The position numbers were made by a program, and so were the translations under genes. Shown piece after piece: positions 27,183 to 37,626 of a stretch of DNA of 64,000 bases (positions are counted from its first letter, which is position 1; each line of letters begins with the position of its first letter). Source of the DNA: an uncultured Rhodospirillaceae bacterium (GTDB lineage: Bacteria > Pseudomonadota > Alphaproteobacteria > UBA9219); the NCBI GenBank assembly GCA_964390005.1, contig CAYMGM010000003.1:14271-78270 (forward strand), given 5' to 3'. Below the pieces are notes generated by a model. It was given only the letters and a program-made list of their open reading frames with translations, was not told the DNA's origin and searched no databases.

Positions 27183-27539
27183 ATGAACTGGTACCAATCC
27201 TGCGCCTATGACAACGTGCAAAAACGCTGCTTCCACGTTACCGGCTTGAAGCGTTTACGAGCCTTGGCCAAAGCCCTTCGCTTTGCCGCGAACAGCTTCG
27301 ATGTCCGTTCCAACTGTGGTGGCATCGCTGTCTCCGGCGAGGTCACGCTGCACCATGAGGGCCTTTATGTGCAGATCAGCCAACCGGCGACGCATGCCGA
27401 CAGCGGCATCCTGATCCGAAGCTGCAAGGGACGAAAGGACTATACAGGCGGGCGGAACCATTTTGCGTCGCTTGCGATGCTGGACGACATTCCGGCGCTG
27501 GCCAGCCTCTGCCGCTCCATTTTGCAGCAGGGAGGGTAA
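27183..27539 (+). CDS. Hypothetical ICE protein
   Basis: 118 aa starting MNWYQSCAYDNV, in-frame inside a longer GC-artifact ORF. Confidence 0.5.
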   Translation: MNWYQSCAYDNVQKRCFHVTGLKRLRALAKALRFAANSFDVRSNCGGIAVSGEVTLHHEGLYVQISQPATHADSGILIRSCKGRKDYTGGRNHFASLAMLDDIPALASLCRSILQQGG

Positions 27540-27543
27540 AGCC

Positions 27544-27759
27544 ATGGCTATTCCCGATTGTGCCCGCGTGAATTTTGAGACCCTGCTCCGCGCTGCGCAA
27601 AACGGCGATCTTGCGCTTCTGGAATGCGCGGACGCCGCGACGGGCGTGCCGCGCTACGTCGTTTGCGCCGTGGGGCGGGATGAAAACGATTTTGTCTTCA
27701 CGCCGTTCGGGCATCTGGCGGAGGGGAATCCTTACGAGGCCTACCGTCCGCCAGAGTGA
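27544..27759 (+). CDS. Hypothetical small ICE protein
   Basis: 71 aa MAIPDCARVNFETLL...; tightly packed between neighbours. Confidence 0.45.
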   Translation: MAIPDCARVNFETLLRAAQNGDLALLECADAATGVPRYVVCAVGRDENDFVFTPFGHLAEGNPYEAYRPPE

Positions 27760-27845
27760 GAGGAAGGCCGGGAGGAAGCGAGCCGGAAAGGACAAGAGAA
27801 AGTCCGGTCCGGCTCGATCTTCAACCTTATCCCGGAGACCCTCCC

Positions 27846-30800
27846 ATGAATCTGACCCTGCCCAGGGCGGCCGTTTGCGCCGCCGCGCCCTTTCGCACGC
27901 CTTGCGATACAGCCTCCTGCATCCTGCAAGCGGCGGAAGGCTTGTGCGCCTTTCTTGAAAAAGGCATTTTGATCGAAGCCTGTATTTTGCGCAAAACGAT
28001 GGAGTCCGCGTTCGGCGGTTCCGATGCCGAGGGACTTTGGAACTGGAAGACGGCCTATGAGGCCTGCGAGGCGGCACAAATCCTATTTTTGCGCAAATAC
28101 GGCCCCGCCATGCAGGCGCGCGCCGCAACACCCGCCCTGCTTCTTTCCATGATGCAAAGGATGGCAGGGCTTCTACCAACCCATACGCGCCGCACGCAGG
28201 AATCTGAAGCTTTGCAGCAATTCTCGACGCCCGCGCCTTTGGGACTGATCGCCAGCCTTGCCGCTTGCGTCACGCCGGATGATGTCGTTCTGGAGCCTTC
28301 TGCTGGCACCGGCATGCTCGCGATCTTTGCCGAGACGCAGCGTGCGCATCTGGCGCTCAACGAGATCGCCGAGGTGCGCGCGGCGCTGTTAAGACTGCTG
28401 TTCCCCGATGTCGCCGTCACGACGCATGACGCTTCCACACTCCACGACCGGTTGGACGCTGGCGTGCGTCCCTCCGTCATTTTGATGAACCCGCCCTTTT
28501 CGGCGACGCTGCACGTCGCGCAACGGCAGGCGGACACGGCGTTCCGGCATATTGTCTCGGCCTTCGCGCGTCTGGCGGAAGGCGGCAGGCTTGTCGCCGT
28601 TACGGGTGCGTCCGTTGCGCCCGACAATCCAGCCTGGCGTCCTTCCTTCGTTCAGCTTCAGGAGAAAGGCGGTTGCGTCCGCTTCTCCTGCGCTATTGAT
28701 GGCGCGGTTTATGCCAGGCATGGCACAAACTTCTCCACACGCCTGACCGTTATCGACAAGATCGCGGTGCCGGATGCGACTGTTTTGCCGCCTTCCGTGC
28801 CGCAGGCCGAGAGCGCCGCCGATTTGCTGCAAAAGGTCATCGCTAACGTCCCGTCACGCAGTGCGCTGGCCGAGCCAATCGGCGTTGTGAATACCGTTAG
28901 GCCGGTCGTTACGGTCAAGGCGCTATCCCCCGTTTTTGCGAAGCCGCAACTTGTCGCCCCGCCTGCCACGTCGGACGCGATCGAACTTTCCTATGAAGCC
29001 GCCGCCGAAACGGGCGCGGTCGATGGCGCGGTCCTGACCGACGCTCTTTATGAAGGCTATACGCTGGGCGCCATCCGCATCGCGGGCGCAAGGCCGCATC
29101 CGACCAAACTGGTGCAATCCGCCGCCATGGCGTCCGTCGCCCCGCCTTTTCCTTCCTATCGTCCCCATCTGCCGGAACGGGTCGTCAGCGACGGCCTTCT
29201 GTCCGATGCCCAGATTGAAAGCGTGATCTATGCGGGCGAAGCCCATGCGTCTCTTCTTTCCGGATCCTGGGTCGTCGATGGGGGTTTCGACAACATTCAC
29301 GCCGCTCCGGATGCCGCTGAAAACGCTATCCGTTTCCGGCGCGGCTGGTTTCTGGGCGACGGCACCGGTTGCGGCAAGGGGCGACAGGTCGCCGGGATTA
29401 TCCTCGACAACTGGATCAAAGGCCGCCGCAAGGCCATCTGGATCTCCAAATCCGACAAACTGATCGAAGACGCTCAGCGCGACTGGGCTGCGCTTGGACA
29501 GGAAAAGCTTTTGATCCAGCCGCTGTCCCGCTTCAAGCAAGGCACGCCGATCCGTTTGAGCGAGGGTATTCTTTTCTGCACCTACGCCACCCTGCGTTCC
29601 GCCGAGCGCGAGGGGAAAGTCTCACGGCTTCAACAAATCGTCGATTGGGTCGGCCAAAATTATGACGGCGTGATCGTCTTCGACGAAGCCCACGCGCTCG
29701 CCAACGCTGGAGGCGGCAAAGGCGAACGCGGCGACGTGCTGCCCTCCCAGCAAGGCCGCGCAGGCCTTCGCCTGCAACGTGCCCTGCCAAGCGCCCGCAT
29801 TGTTTATGTCTCGGCCACGGGAGCGACGGATGTGCGCAATCTGGCCTATGCCGAACGGCTGGGCCTTTGGGGCGGCGAGGATTTCCCGTTCGCCAACCGG
29901 GGCGAGTTCGTTCAGGCCGTCGAGGCGGGCGGCGTCGCGGCCATGGAGGTTCTGGCGCGGGATCTGAAGGCGCTCGGCCTCTATACGGCCCGGTCGCTAT
30001 CCTATGAAGGCGTCGATGTCGAGATTGTCGAACATCCGTTGACGCCGGAACAGACCGCCATCTACGACGCCTATGCCGAGGCGTTTCAGATCATCCATCA
30101 GAATCTGGCCCGGGCGCTTGAGGCGTCGAACATCACCGGCAGGTCGGGAACGCTTAACGGGCAGGCAAAATCCGCCGCAAGGTCGGCCTTCGAGTCGGCG
30201 AAGCAGCGCTTCTTCGCGCATCTCCTGACTTCCATGAAGACGACGACGTTGGTCAAGAGCGTTGAGGCCGATCTTGCGGCGGGGCATGCCGCCGTGATCC
30301 AGCTTGTCTCCACGGGCGAGGCCGTGATGGAACGCAAGCTGGCCGAGATCCCCGCCGAGGAATGGAGCGATCTGTCGATTGACCTTTCGCCGCGCGAGAT
30401 CGTCGGCAGCTACCTGTCTCATGCCTTCCCGACGCAATTGTTCGAACCCTACACGGACGAGGAAGGCAATCTTCATTCGCGGCCTGCTGTTGATGAAGGT
30501 GGCAATCCCGTCCTTTGTCGTGAAGCGGTTGAAGCCCGCGACAAGATGATCGAGCATCTTGCGACGCTTGATCCCGTGCCGGGGGCGCTGGATCAGATCG
30601 TGCAGCGTTTCGGAACGGATCAGGTGGCGGAAGTGACGGGCCGCTCGCGCCGGATCGTCAAGAAAGGCGACAGACTTGCCGTCGAGACGCGCCCACCTTC
30701 GGCCAATCTGTCCGAAACGCAGGCCTTTATGGACGACGAGAAGCGGATCCTTGTCTTCTCCGACGCGGGCGGCACGGGGCGAAGCTATCATGCCGACCGG

Positions 30801-32174
30801 GGCGCGAAGAACCAGCGTTTGCGCGTTCATTATCTTTTGGAGGCAGGCTGGAAGGCCGACACGGCCATTCAGGGTCTTGGCCGCTCAAACCGCACCAATC
30901 AGGCACAGCCGCCGCTCTTCCGGCCCATCACGACGGACGTGAAGGCAGAAAAGCGGTTTCTGTCGACCATCGCGCGGCGTCTCGACACGCTCGGCGCCAT
31001 CACACGCGGACAGCGGCAGACGGGCGGTCAAGGGCTGTTCCGGGCCGAGGACAATCTGGAGGGTGAGCAAGCCCGCGCGGCGCTTCGGCAGTTTTATATG
31101 CTGTTGGCGCAGGGGGGCGTAGTGGATTGCTCGCTTCAGCGGTTTGAGGACGCGACGGGTTTGTCGCTTCTGGCCGAAGGTGGCGGGCTGAAGGAGGAAC
31201 TACCGCCGATCACGACTTTCCTGAACCGGTTGCTGGCCCTTCCCATCGGTTTGCAGAACATTTTGTTCACCGCGTTCGAGGAATTGCTCAGCTCCCGCAC
31301 GGAGGCGGCGCTTGCGGCGGGCACCCTCGATGCGGGGCTGGAGACGATCCGGGCCGAAAGCCTCGTCGTCACCGACCGCCGCACGGTCTGGAAGCATGAG
31401 AGCGGCGCGGAGACGCAGCTCTTCATGATCCAACGCAAGGACCGCAATCGTCCCCTGTCGGCGGACGAGGCTGTTTCAATGCATGGCGGCAAGCTTCTGA
31501 TGAACAGTCGCTCCCACCGTGCGGCGGTGCAGATCGCGGCCCCCGGTTTGATGCTGGACGATGGGAGTCTTGAACGGCGCGTTCGGCTTGTTCGGCCATT
31601 GCAGCGCGACACTCTGTCCGTGGCGGAGCTTGCCGACAGCCATTGGGAGGAAGCCGACGAGGACGCCTTCCGCTGCGCTTGGGATGCCGAGGTCGCCGGA
31701 ATCCCGTCCCATTCGATCAATACCTTCCATCTGGTGACGGGGCTTCTTCTGCCAATCTGGCGGCGCTTGCCGGAGAAAAACGCGCGCGTTTACCGGCTTC
31801 AGACGGACGAGGACGAACGCATCATCGGACGCATGCTCTCGCCCGTGGAGGCCGAGGGCGTTTGCAGGAATCTCGGCATCGATGCGCCAAAACTTTCCGC
31901 CGATCAGGCCTGGGCGCTTGTCGATGACGGCAAGGTGGCGGTGCATCTGGCCGATGGGCTTGCGCTGCGGCGCGTCCGCGTGATGAATGAAAACCGCGTC
32001 GAACTGACGGGCTTTACGTCCGGTATGGTCGATGGGCTCAGGGCTCGGGGTCTGTTCGGTGAGATCATCGCGTGGAAATTGCGCCTCTTCGTGCCGATCG
32101 GTGACGCCGGCAAATCCGTGTTCGATGGACTTCTCGACCGCTGGCCCCTCACGGAAATCGTCGAGCGGGGTTGA
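27846..32174 (+). CDS. Large N6-adenine methyltransferase / SNF2-like (strawberry-notch type) helicase fusion protein typical of ICE leading regions
   Basis: 1442 aa from MNLTLP; 'FSTP', 'LEPSAGTGMLA' motif I, 'NPPF' motif IV; helicase 'LGDGTGCGKGRQ', 'FDEAHALAN'. Confidence 0.85.
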   Translation: MNLTLPRAAVCAAAPFRTPCDTASCILQAAEGLCAFLEKGILIEACILRKTMESAFGGSDAEGLWNWKTAYEACEAAQILFLRKYGPAMQARAATPALLLSMMQRMAGLLPTHTRRTQESEALQQFSTPAPLGLIASLAACVTPDDVVLEPSAGTGMLAIFAETQRAHLALNEIAEVRAALLRLLFPDVAVTTHDASTLHDRLDAGVRPSVILMNPPFSATLHVAQRQADTAFRHIVSAFARLAEGGRLVAVTGASVAPDNPAWRPSFVQLQEKGGCVRFSCAIDGAVYARHGTNFSTRLTVIDKIAVPDATVLPPSVPQAESAADLLQKVIANVPSRSALAEPIGVVNTVRPVVTVKALSPVFAKPQLVAPPATSDAIELSYEAAAETGAVDGAVLTDALYEGYTLGAIRIAGARPHPTKLVQSAAMASVAPPFPSYRPHLPERVVSDGLLSDAQIESVIYAGEAHASLLSGSWVVDGGFDNIHAAPDAAENAIRFRRGWFLGDGTGCGKGRQVAGIILDNWIKGRRKAIWISKSDKLIEDAQRDWAALGQEKLLIQPLSRFKQGTPIRLSEGILFCTYATLRSAEREGKVSRLQQIVDWVGQNYDGVIVFDEAHALANAGGGKGERGDVLPSQQGRAGLRLQRALPSARIVYVSATGATDVRNLAYAERLGLWGGEDFPFANRGEFVQAVEAGGVAAMEVLARDLKALGLYTARSLSYEGVDVEIVEHPLTPEQTAIYDAYAEAFQIIHQNLARALEASNITGRSGTLNGQAKSAARSAFESAKQRFFAHLLTSMKTTTLVKSVEADLAAGHAAVIQLVSTGEAVMERKLAEIPAEEWSDLSIDLSPREIVGSYLSHAFPTQLFEPYTDEEGNLHSRPAVDEGGNPVLCREAVEARDKMIEHLATLDPVPGALDQIVQRFGTDQVAEVTGRSRRIVKKGDRLAVETRPPSANLSETQAFMDDEKRILVFSDAGGTGRSYHADRGAKNQRLRVHYLLEAGWKADTAIQGLGRSNRTNQAQPPLFRPITTDVKAEKRFLSTIARRLDTLGAITRGQRQTGGQGLFRAEDNLEGEQARAALRQFYMLLAQGGVVDCSLQRFEDATGLSLLAEGGGLKEELPPITTFLNRLLALPIGLQNILFTAFEELLSSRTEAALAAGTLDAGLETIRAESLVVTDRRTVWKHESGAETQLFMIQRKDRNRPLSADEAVSMHGGKLLMNSRSHRAAVQIAAPGLMLDDGSLERRVRLVRPLQRDTLSVAELADSHWEEADEDAFRCAWDAEVAGIPSHSINTFHLVTGLLLPIWRRLPEKNARVYRLQTDEDERIIGRMLSPVEAEGVCRNLGIDAPKLSADQAWALVDDGKVAVHLADGLALRRVRVMNENRVELTGFTSGMVDGLRARGLFGEIIAWKLRLFVPIGDAGKSVFDGLLDRWPLTEIVERG

Positions 32175-32177
32175 GCC

Positions 32178-33248
32178 ATGTCCCGCGCCGCCGATCTTGC
32201 GCACCGCCTCAGCCGAGAGGCCGAGGCGGTGTGCCGCGTCTATCTGCCCAATGGCCGCCGTCAGGGCCGTTATTGGCACTGTGGCGATGTGCAGGGCACG
32301 CCGGGGCAGAGTCTTTACGTTCATCTTTCCGGCCCACGTGCCGGACGTTGGACCGACGCCGCCACGGGCGAGCATGGCGATCTGCTCGATCTCATAGCGC
32401 TGAACCAAGGCTTTGATCTACGCGCCGCCTTCGTTGAAGCGGAACGGTTTCTTGGTCTGCCACGTCCGCCAGCGCAATCCGATATGCCTTGCATCCCTTG
32501 CGGTTCGCCTGAGGCTGCGCGTCGTCTGTTTACCGCCTCGAAACCGATCCACGGCACGCTGGCGGAAGCTTGGCTTCACAGTCGCGGGATCGTTTTGCCT
32601 GCGGACGTCGCGGCGTTGCGGTTCCATCCGCGCTGCTATTACGGCACGCCGAAGGGGCGCGAAGTTTGGCCCGCTTTGATCGCCGCCGTCACGGACATGG
32701 AGGGCCGCATCACAGGCGTGCATCGGACGTGGCTTGATCCGACGGGCGGCAAGGCGCCTGTCGATCAACCGCGCCGCGCGATGGGGCATCTTCTCGGCAA
32801 CGGCGTGCGCTTTGGCGCTGTCTCGGGCGTGCTTGCGGCGACGGAAGGGATCGAGACCGCGTTGGCGCTCAAAAGCGTCATGCCCGATCTTCCCGTTATC
32901 GCGGCGCTTTCGGCTTCGCATCTCGCCGCCCTGATCCTGCCGTCTTCCTTGCGCCGTCTCTATGTCGCGCACGACAATGACGAAGCCGGACGCCTGGCGC
33001 TGGAACGGTTGCGCGAACGGTTCTGCGGCGTTGCCGTCGAGCTTCGGGCGCTTGTGCCGCGAGCCGAGGACTTCAACGCGGATTTGCTGACCCTTGGCCC
33101 GGATCGGCTGCGGGACTGGCTTGCGGCGCAGCTCGCGCCGGACGATTGCCGCCGTTTTCTTTTCCCCGATGGGCTGCGGCGCGGCATGGAAGGTTCGCCG
33201 GAATCGGGCCCGGAAGGAAGGCAAGCCTCAGGGCGGGTCTTGCGTTAA
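32178..33248 (+). CDS. Toprim-domain protein with N-terminal zinc-binding-like region (primase-like, ICE-associated)
   Basis: 356 aa; C-terminal 'LYVAHDNDEAGRLA' Toprim DxD. Confidence 0.7.
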   Translation: MSRAADLAHRLSREAEAVCRVYLPNGRRQGRYWHCGDVQGTPGQSLYVHLSGPRAGRWTDAATGEHGDLLDLIALNQGFDLRAAFVEAERFLGLPRPPAQSDMPCIPCGSPEAARRLFTASKPIHGTLAEAWLHSRGIVLPADVAALRFHPRCYYGTPKGREVWPALIAAVTDMEGRITGVHRTWLDPTGGKAPVDQPRRAMGHLLGNGVRFGAVSGVLAATEGIETALALKSVMPDLPVIAALSASHLAALILPSSLRRLYVAHDNDEAGRLALERLRERFCGVAVELRALVPRAEDFNADLLTLGPDRLRDWLAAQLAPDDCRRFLFPDGLRRGMEGSPESGPEGRQASGRVLR

Positions 33249-33430
33249 AGGGCCGCGCTACGGCCTTTCCTTGCGGGGGATCTGCCAGCGCCAAGCGGCT
33301 TTGCAACGGCCTTTGGCCGTCCTCCACTTCGTTGCGGCCTCAAGAGGTGCAAAGCCGCTTTTTACGCTGGCGGGCGATCCCCGGAAAGGCCGTGACAGGC
33401 GCGGCCTCGTAAAAATGCAGGAGACCCGCC

Positions 33431-34378
33431 ATGACGCTTGATACTTTCCAGCCCGACTTCGCCAACGAACCGCTCCATACGTCCTCGCCGACCGCCCATC
33501 TTCTCGATGAATTGCAGCTCTACGGCTGTCGCCCACAAAGCGACGAGCCCGATCCACGCCCTCTGCCCGAAGCCGATCAGGCCGAGCGGGAGATTGCTTC
33601 CTGCGTTGAAGCCCTCCGGGATCTCATGGCCGACACACCGCTTGAAGAGGATCTCGGCGACGTCCTCTGGTCGTTTGCGTATCTGTTCCATCGCAAGATC
33701 ACCGTCCTCGACCGCGTGCTTGACGACAACGAGCGGGCGCAACGCCGGGCGCAGGAGGAACAGGACGGCTCCGAGGTCAAATCCGTCGAGCTGGAGCGTC
33801 TGACGGCGAAGGGCCTGTCGCTGATCGACCGCCGCAACGCATTCGAGACCTTCCGCGACATCGCCGCAAACCAGCACGAGACGATCACCGGCTCCGCCTG
33901 GCGTCCGCGTACCGGTTCGTTGACGAGCCGCAAGACGCTGACCGCCGCCATGATCGACAGCCGCGATTTCATCGCCGCTAGGCGCCGCGCCGAGATCGAG
34001 CCGCTTTTGCCCGCAGGCCCCCGCATCGCCTTCACGGGCGGTATCGATTGCAACGACACGGCCCGCATCTGGGCCGCGCTCGACAAGGCGCGCGCCAGCC
34101 ATCCCGGCATGGTGCTGATCCACGGCGGATCGCCCAAGGGCGCCGAGCGTATCGCCGCCTGCTGGGCCGATCAACGCAAGGTCCCACAGATTGTGTTCAA
34201 GCCCGACTGGAACCGCCACAAAAACGCCGCGCCCTTCAAGCGCAACGACGCTATGCTCGAGGTTCTGCCCATCGGGGTCATCGTGTTTCCGGGTTCCGGC
34301 ATCTCGCAAAACCTCGCGGACAAGGCGCGGAAGATGGGGATTCCGGTGTGGCGCTTCGATGCGGAGGGCGGCGCATAA
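33431..34378 (+). CDS. DUF2493 (SLOG-like) domain protein
   Basis: C-terminal 'IAFTGGIDCND...MVLIHGGSPKGAERIAACWA' matches DUF2493. Confidence 0.65.
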   Translation: MTLDTFQPDFANEPLHTSSPTAHLLDELQLYGCRPQSDEPDPRPLPEADQAEREIASCVEALRDLMADTPLEEDLGDVLWSFAYLFHRKITVLDRVLDDNERAQRRAQEEQDGSEVKSVELERLTAKGLSLIDRRNAFETFRDIAANQHETITGSAWRPRTGSLTSRKTLTAAMIDSRDFIAARRRAEIEPLLPAGPRIAFTGGIDCNDTARIWAALDKARASHPGMVLIHGGSPKGAERIAACWADQRKVPQIVFKPDWNRHKNAAPFKRNDAMLEVLPIGVIVFPGSGISQNLADKARKMGIPVWRFDAEGGA

Positions 34379-34401
34379 GCGCCGCCGCTACCTCTAATGA
34401 T

Positions 34402-35190
34402 TTAGTGTGGCGCTCTCACAAAACCGTGCCGCCTCTTGTCCAACAATGAAGCATTGGATCTCGTACATGCAGGAAAGCATCCCTTGTCAGAATGGGCGGT
34501 TATTATTCGTCCTGCCTCGTACACACCGAAAATTGTATTGGATGGCAAACAATGTCCATAAGGACCTTGGCGCTTTAACAAGATTGACGAGCTTCCATGT
34601 TCATCATGAGAAGATTCAAACGGAAGCAACAACGGTGGCTTCCTTATCTCTCCGTTCACAGAAAGGGTTTGGGAAAATAGATCGATGATATGATCTTTAA
34701 CGAAATCAATTGCGCCATATCGCATAGCGATGCCCAGAGCGATACTCGATACGCTCATGGTCAGGCTGATCTTGAAATATTTCATGGCCCTTTTTTTCGC
34801 GGCGACAAGCTGCTCGTTGGTTCCATCCAATTTCTTGTGCAAAATAGCATTCTCTCTTATCAAGTTCTCATTTTGAACCTGAATGGAGGTTGTCACGTCG
34901 GTAACGGTTGATATTTTTGATTCGATAACGGCAAGCCTTCTCGAATTTTCAGCTTCGAGGCTGCCTGCCTGTTCTTCCAATTCTTGACGGGCGTCTTGGA
35001 TAAGCCCATCCGTGAATTCTTCATCCGATAGAAGAGCAAGCGCAACAGGAAGGGTTAGTTTGCGGCCGACGATTTCTTCCTGAAACATTTTTAGGGCAAC
35101 GGCGGCGACAGCGTTGTCTTCCTTCTTTTTCGAAGAGAAAACCTCAAGAGAGCCCCGGATAAAATCTTTCCACGATTTTACTATGCCCAT
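34402..35190 (-). CDS. AT-rich coiled-coil protein with C-proximal TM helix; paralog of 43197-44285
   Basis: Shared motif 'KKRAMKYFKISLTMSVSSIALGIAM' vs 'KQRAIRYFKVSVTMGSTGLLIGLIGLA'. Confidence 0.55.
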   Translation of the reverse strand: MGIVKSWKDFIRGSLEVFSSKKKEDNAVAAVALKMFQEEIVGRKLTLPVALALLSDEEFTDGLIQDARQELEEQAGSLEAENSRRLAVIESKISTVTDVTTSIQVQNENLIRENAILHKKLDGTNEQLVAAKKRAMKYFKISLTMSVSSIALGIAMRYGAIDFVKDHIIDLFSQTLSVNGEIRKPPLLLPFESSHDEHGSSSILLKRQGPYGHCLPSNTIFGVYEAGRIITAHSDKGCFPACTRSNASLLDKRRHGFVRAPH

Positions 35191-35270
35191 TTTAAAACCC
35201 CATACCTTGAATATGGGGTCATCTTAATCAGAAATATGAAATATTTTGTTAACTTATAGAATATGTCACC

Positions 35271-35540
35271 TTATTCGACGACAAAATGCCTTAGCCTATT
35301 GTCAAAGCGCTGCTTAAACCTGCTCCGTATCCCCGGAGTTGCCCGATCAACAATCTCGCCTAAGGCATCAACAGCATCCTTTGCCACACGACGCTGCGCG
35401 GGTGAAAGCGCTGCCAAATCTCTTTTTTTAACAGGGGTTCCAGACAACATCCCTCGAACAACGCCAAACGTTTCAGGTGGATACACGACATCCCTTTGAG
35501 GATCCCGGCCTTCCCCATTGTCTCCCGAAACTAATCGCAT
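35271..35540 (-). CDS. Small hypothetical protein (module partner; weak similarity to 44365-44694)
   Basis: 89 aa; N-terminal MRLVSGDNGEGRDPQRDVV vs MLTFGNIIGQGQVPNGAVV. Confidence 0.4.
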   Translation of the reverse strand: MRLVSGDNGEGRDPQRDVVYPPETFGVVRGMLSGTPVKKRDLAALSPAQRRVAKDAVDALGEIVDRATPGIRSRFKQRFDNRLRHFVVE

Positions 35541-35693
35541 GATTATCTCCCTGTCGCTTTAGTAAGCATCTAGTAACTTATAGCATTATTCAGAACCCCA
35601 TGCAAAAACATCTCCTTTAGAAGAAGGTTAGCTCAGCATGGTTGGCAACCCATTAATAACATTTGTTAAAAATGTCTTAAATGATTAAAGGCG

Positions 35694-36068
35694 CTAATGA
35701 GTGAAAGTAAATATCTCGGCTGACGATGTTTTGCGTCGGAGAAACTGGGAAATCGCGTTTGCAAACGGCCTGAGCACCTCGCGACTTATGGCGTGTCGAC
35801 ATTGACTTGGGTGTGACTCGTTGAGGCCGATGGAGCCCGATTGATGGTTGTTTAGATGATTTCGCCATGCCCTAACGCCCCCGTCTTCCCTGAGCGTTTC
35901 GACCACGCGGCACGACCTGCATGAAAAACGCAGCAGTTGTTTTTGAATTACTTCTTGCGTGAAAAATGCTGATTGGATGTCGGCGAGTTTTCTGTTTAAA
36001 ATTGCTCCAACAAAGCTGTCCTTTCCGTCTAGCAAAGGCAGTTCGCGAGGGCCATACCACCTTCCCAT
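35694..36068 (-). CDS. Hypothetical protein (AT-rich module)
   Basis: 124 aa ORF. Confidence 0.3.
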   Translation of the reverse strand: MGRWYGPRELPLLDGKDSFVGAILNRKLADIQSAFFTQEVIQKQLLRFSCRSCRVVETLREDGGVRAWRNHLNNHQSGSIGLNESHPSQCRHAISREVLRPFANAISQFLRRKTSSAEIFTFTH

Positions 36069-36385
36069 GCCCCGTTCATCGCTGCAGAACCATTCCTGCT
36101 TGTCCCCGATTGCGTAAAGCCCGCGTCGTACCGTTCAACCCGCAGGTCGGGAAAATTTCCCCTGCGGCGAGAGGGTGCTCCGCTGCGCTTCGCCCCATTC
36201 GGGTGACAGCAAGCTGTCAACCCTTTGCCGCATTCCTCGCGAAACAAATTTTCCCTCCCTTGCGGGCGCTCCACTGCGTTCCGCCCTTGCGCTGCGCTTC
36301 AGGTGAACAGGCCCGCCTTTGCGGGCTTTTCGCCGGGGTCATCGCAGGGATGGTCCCTGACGACGAACAGCAAAGGAGACAGACA

Positions 36386-36724
36386 ATGGCTATCACTCTC
36401 GGTACCTTCACCAAACAGAACGACGGCAGCTTTGCGGGCGCTCTCAAGACCCTCAACATCACCGCCAACCTCGCCATCGTCCCCGCGACGAAGCAGTCCG
36501 AACAGGCTCCCGACTTCCGCGTCTATGCCGGAAACGGCCACCGTTACGAGGTCGGCGCAGGCTGGAGCCAGGTCGCCAAAACAAGCGGCGAAACCTATCT
36601 GAACCTCAAGATCGCGGCCCCGGAGTTCGGCCCGAACTGGGTTCGCGCACGGCTCGTCAAGCTCGAGACGCCGACCGAAGACGGCGTTACGCATCTGGCC
36701 CTTTGGGAACCGCGCGAGCGCTGA
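36386..36724 (+). CDS. DUF736-family protein
   Basis: 112 aa MAITLGTFTKQNDGSFAGALKTLNITANLAIVPA...PDFRVYAG; RBS aaaggag. Confidence 0.75.
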   Translation: MAITLGTFTKQNDGSFAGALKTLNITANLAIVPATKQSEQAPDFRVYAGNGHRYEVGAGWSQVAKTSGETYLNLKIAAPEFGPNWVRARLVKLETPTEDGVTHLALWEPRER

Positions 36725-37035
36725 TCCCGCCTCGTTCCCAACCCCTCGTCGGAGCGCATCCGGCGAGGGGTTTTTCTGTGTTTACGCCAGCAAGCTATGC
36801 GGAGTCGGCGCAAGCGCCGACGGGCTTTCCGTCTCGACCGGCCCATCTTGCCATCCGGTCTTTGCGCGAGCCTCAATGCTCCGCGGTGCCCCCAATTTTT
36901 TGGCGAAGGGTGCCAAAAAATCGGCTCCCCCGCGTCCCGCCAGAGCGGCGCTGCGCGGCCTTGACCCTCGCCGACCGGATGACCGGGAGACCCGTTCTCG
37001 ACGGGAGAACGGTTCACTCACAAGGAGATCATCCC

Positions 37036-37248
37036 ATGACCGCTTCGTATCGGATCCAGCAGATCGCAGGCAACAATCGCATCGAATATCAGGGCCATTT
37101 TTACGCCGCAGAAGAGCTTGTTGAGACCATCTGGATCGTCAACATGGAGCTTAGAAACGGTCTGCCAAAGCGCGAACGCGTCGCAGCCAAGTGGCAAATC
37201 GCGCGGTACGAGGCGCTTCTCGCCGCCTTGCGGGAGGCGGGGGCATAG
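37036..37248 (+). CDS. Small hypothetical ICE protein
   Basis: 71 aa; RBS aaggag 8 nt upstream of ATG. Confidence 0.5.
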   Translation: MTASYRIQQIAGNNRIEYQGHFYAAEELVETIWIVNMELRNGLPKRERVAAKWQIARYEALLAALREAGA

Positions 37249-37389
37249 CCACCGCTTTCTTGCTTTCCGACCTGTTGGCGCACAAAGGGGGCTCGCTTTC
37301 CGCACCCCCTTGTTTTCGAGCGTCCTCATACGCGCCGTTTCTCGCCATCCTGTGCCCATTCACGTCGAACTGCACCGAAAGGACACGGA

Positions 37390-37626
37390 ATGGACAACGA
37401 AAACACAAGAGCGCTGAAAGCTCGTCAGGGCTGCCCGTTTTTAACCACCAAGGAGGCTGCGCACTACCTTTGCCTTTCCGCCCGCACGCTTGAAAAGATG
37501 CGCCTGATCGGCAACGGCCCGCGCTTTCGCAAGCATGGGCGGTACGTGCGTTATCACATTAACGATCTCGATATCTGGTCGGAAGGAAGACGGCAGGCTT
37601 CGACCTCCGGCGAAGGGGTGCGGTGA
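37390..37626 (+). CDS. Helix-turn-helix (AlpA/excisionase-like) DNA-binding protein
   Basis: 'LTTKEAAHYLCLSARTLEKMRLIGNGPRF'; paralog of 54890-55084. Confidence 0.65.
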   Translation: MDNENTRALKARQGCPFLTTKEAAHYLCLSARTLEKMRLIGNGPRFRKHGRYVRYHINDLDIWSEGRRQASTSGEGVR

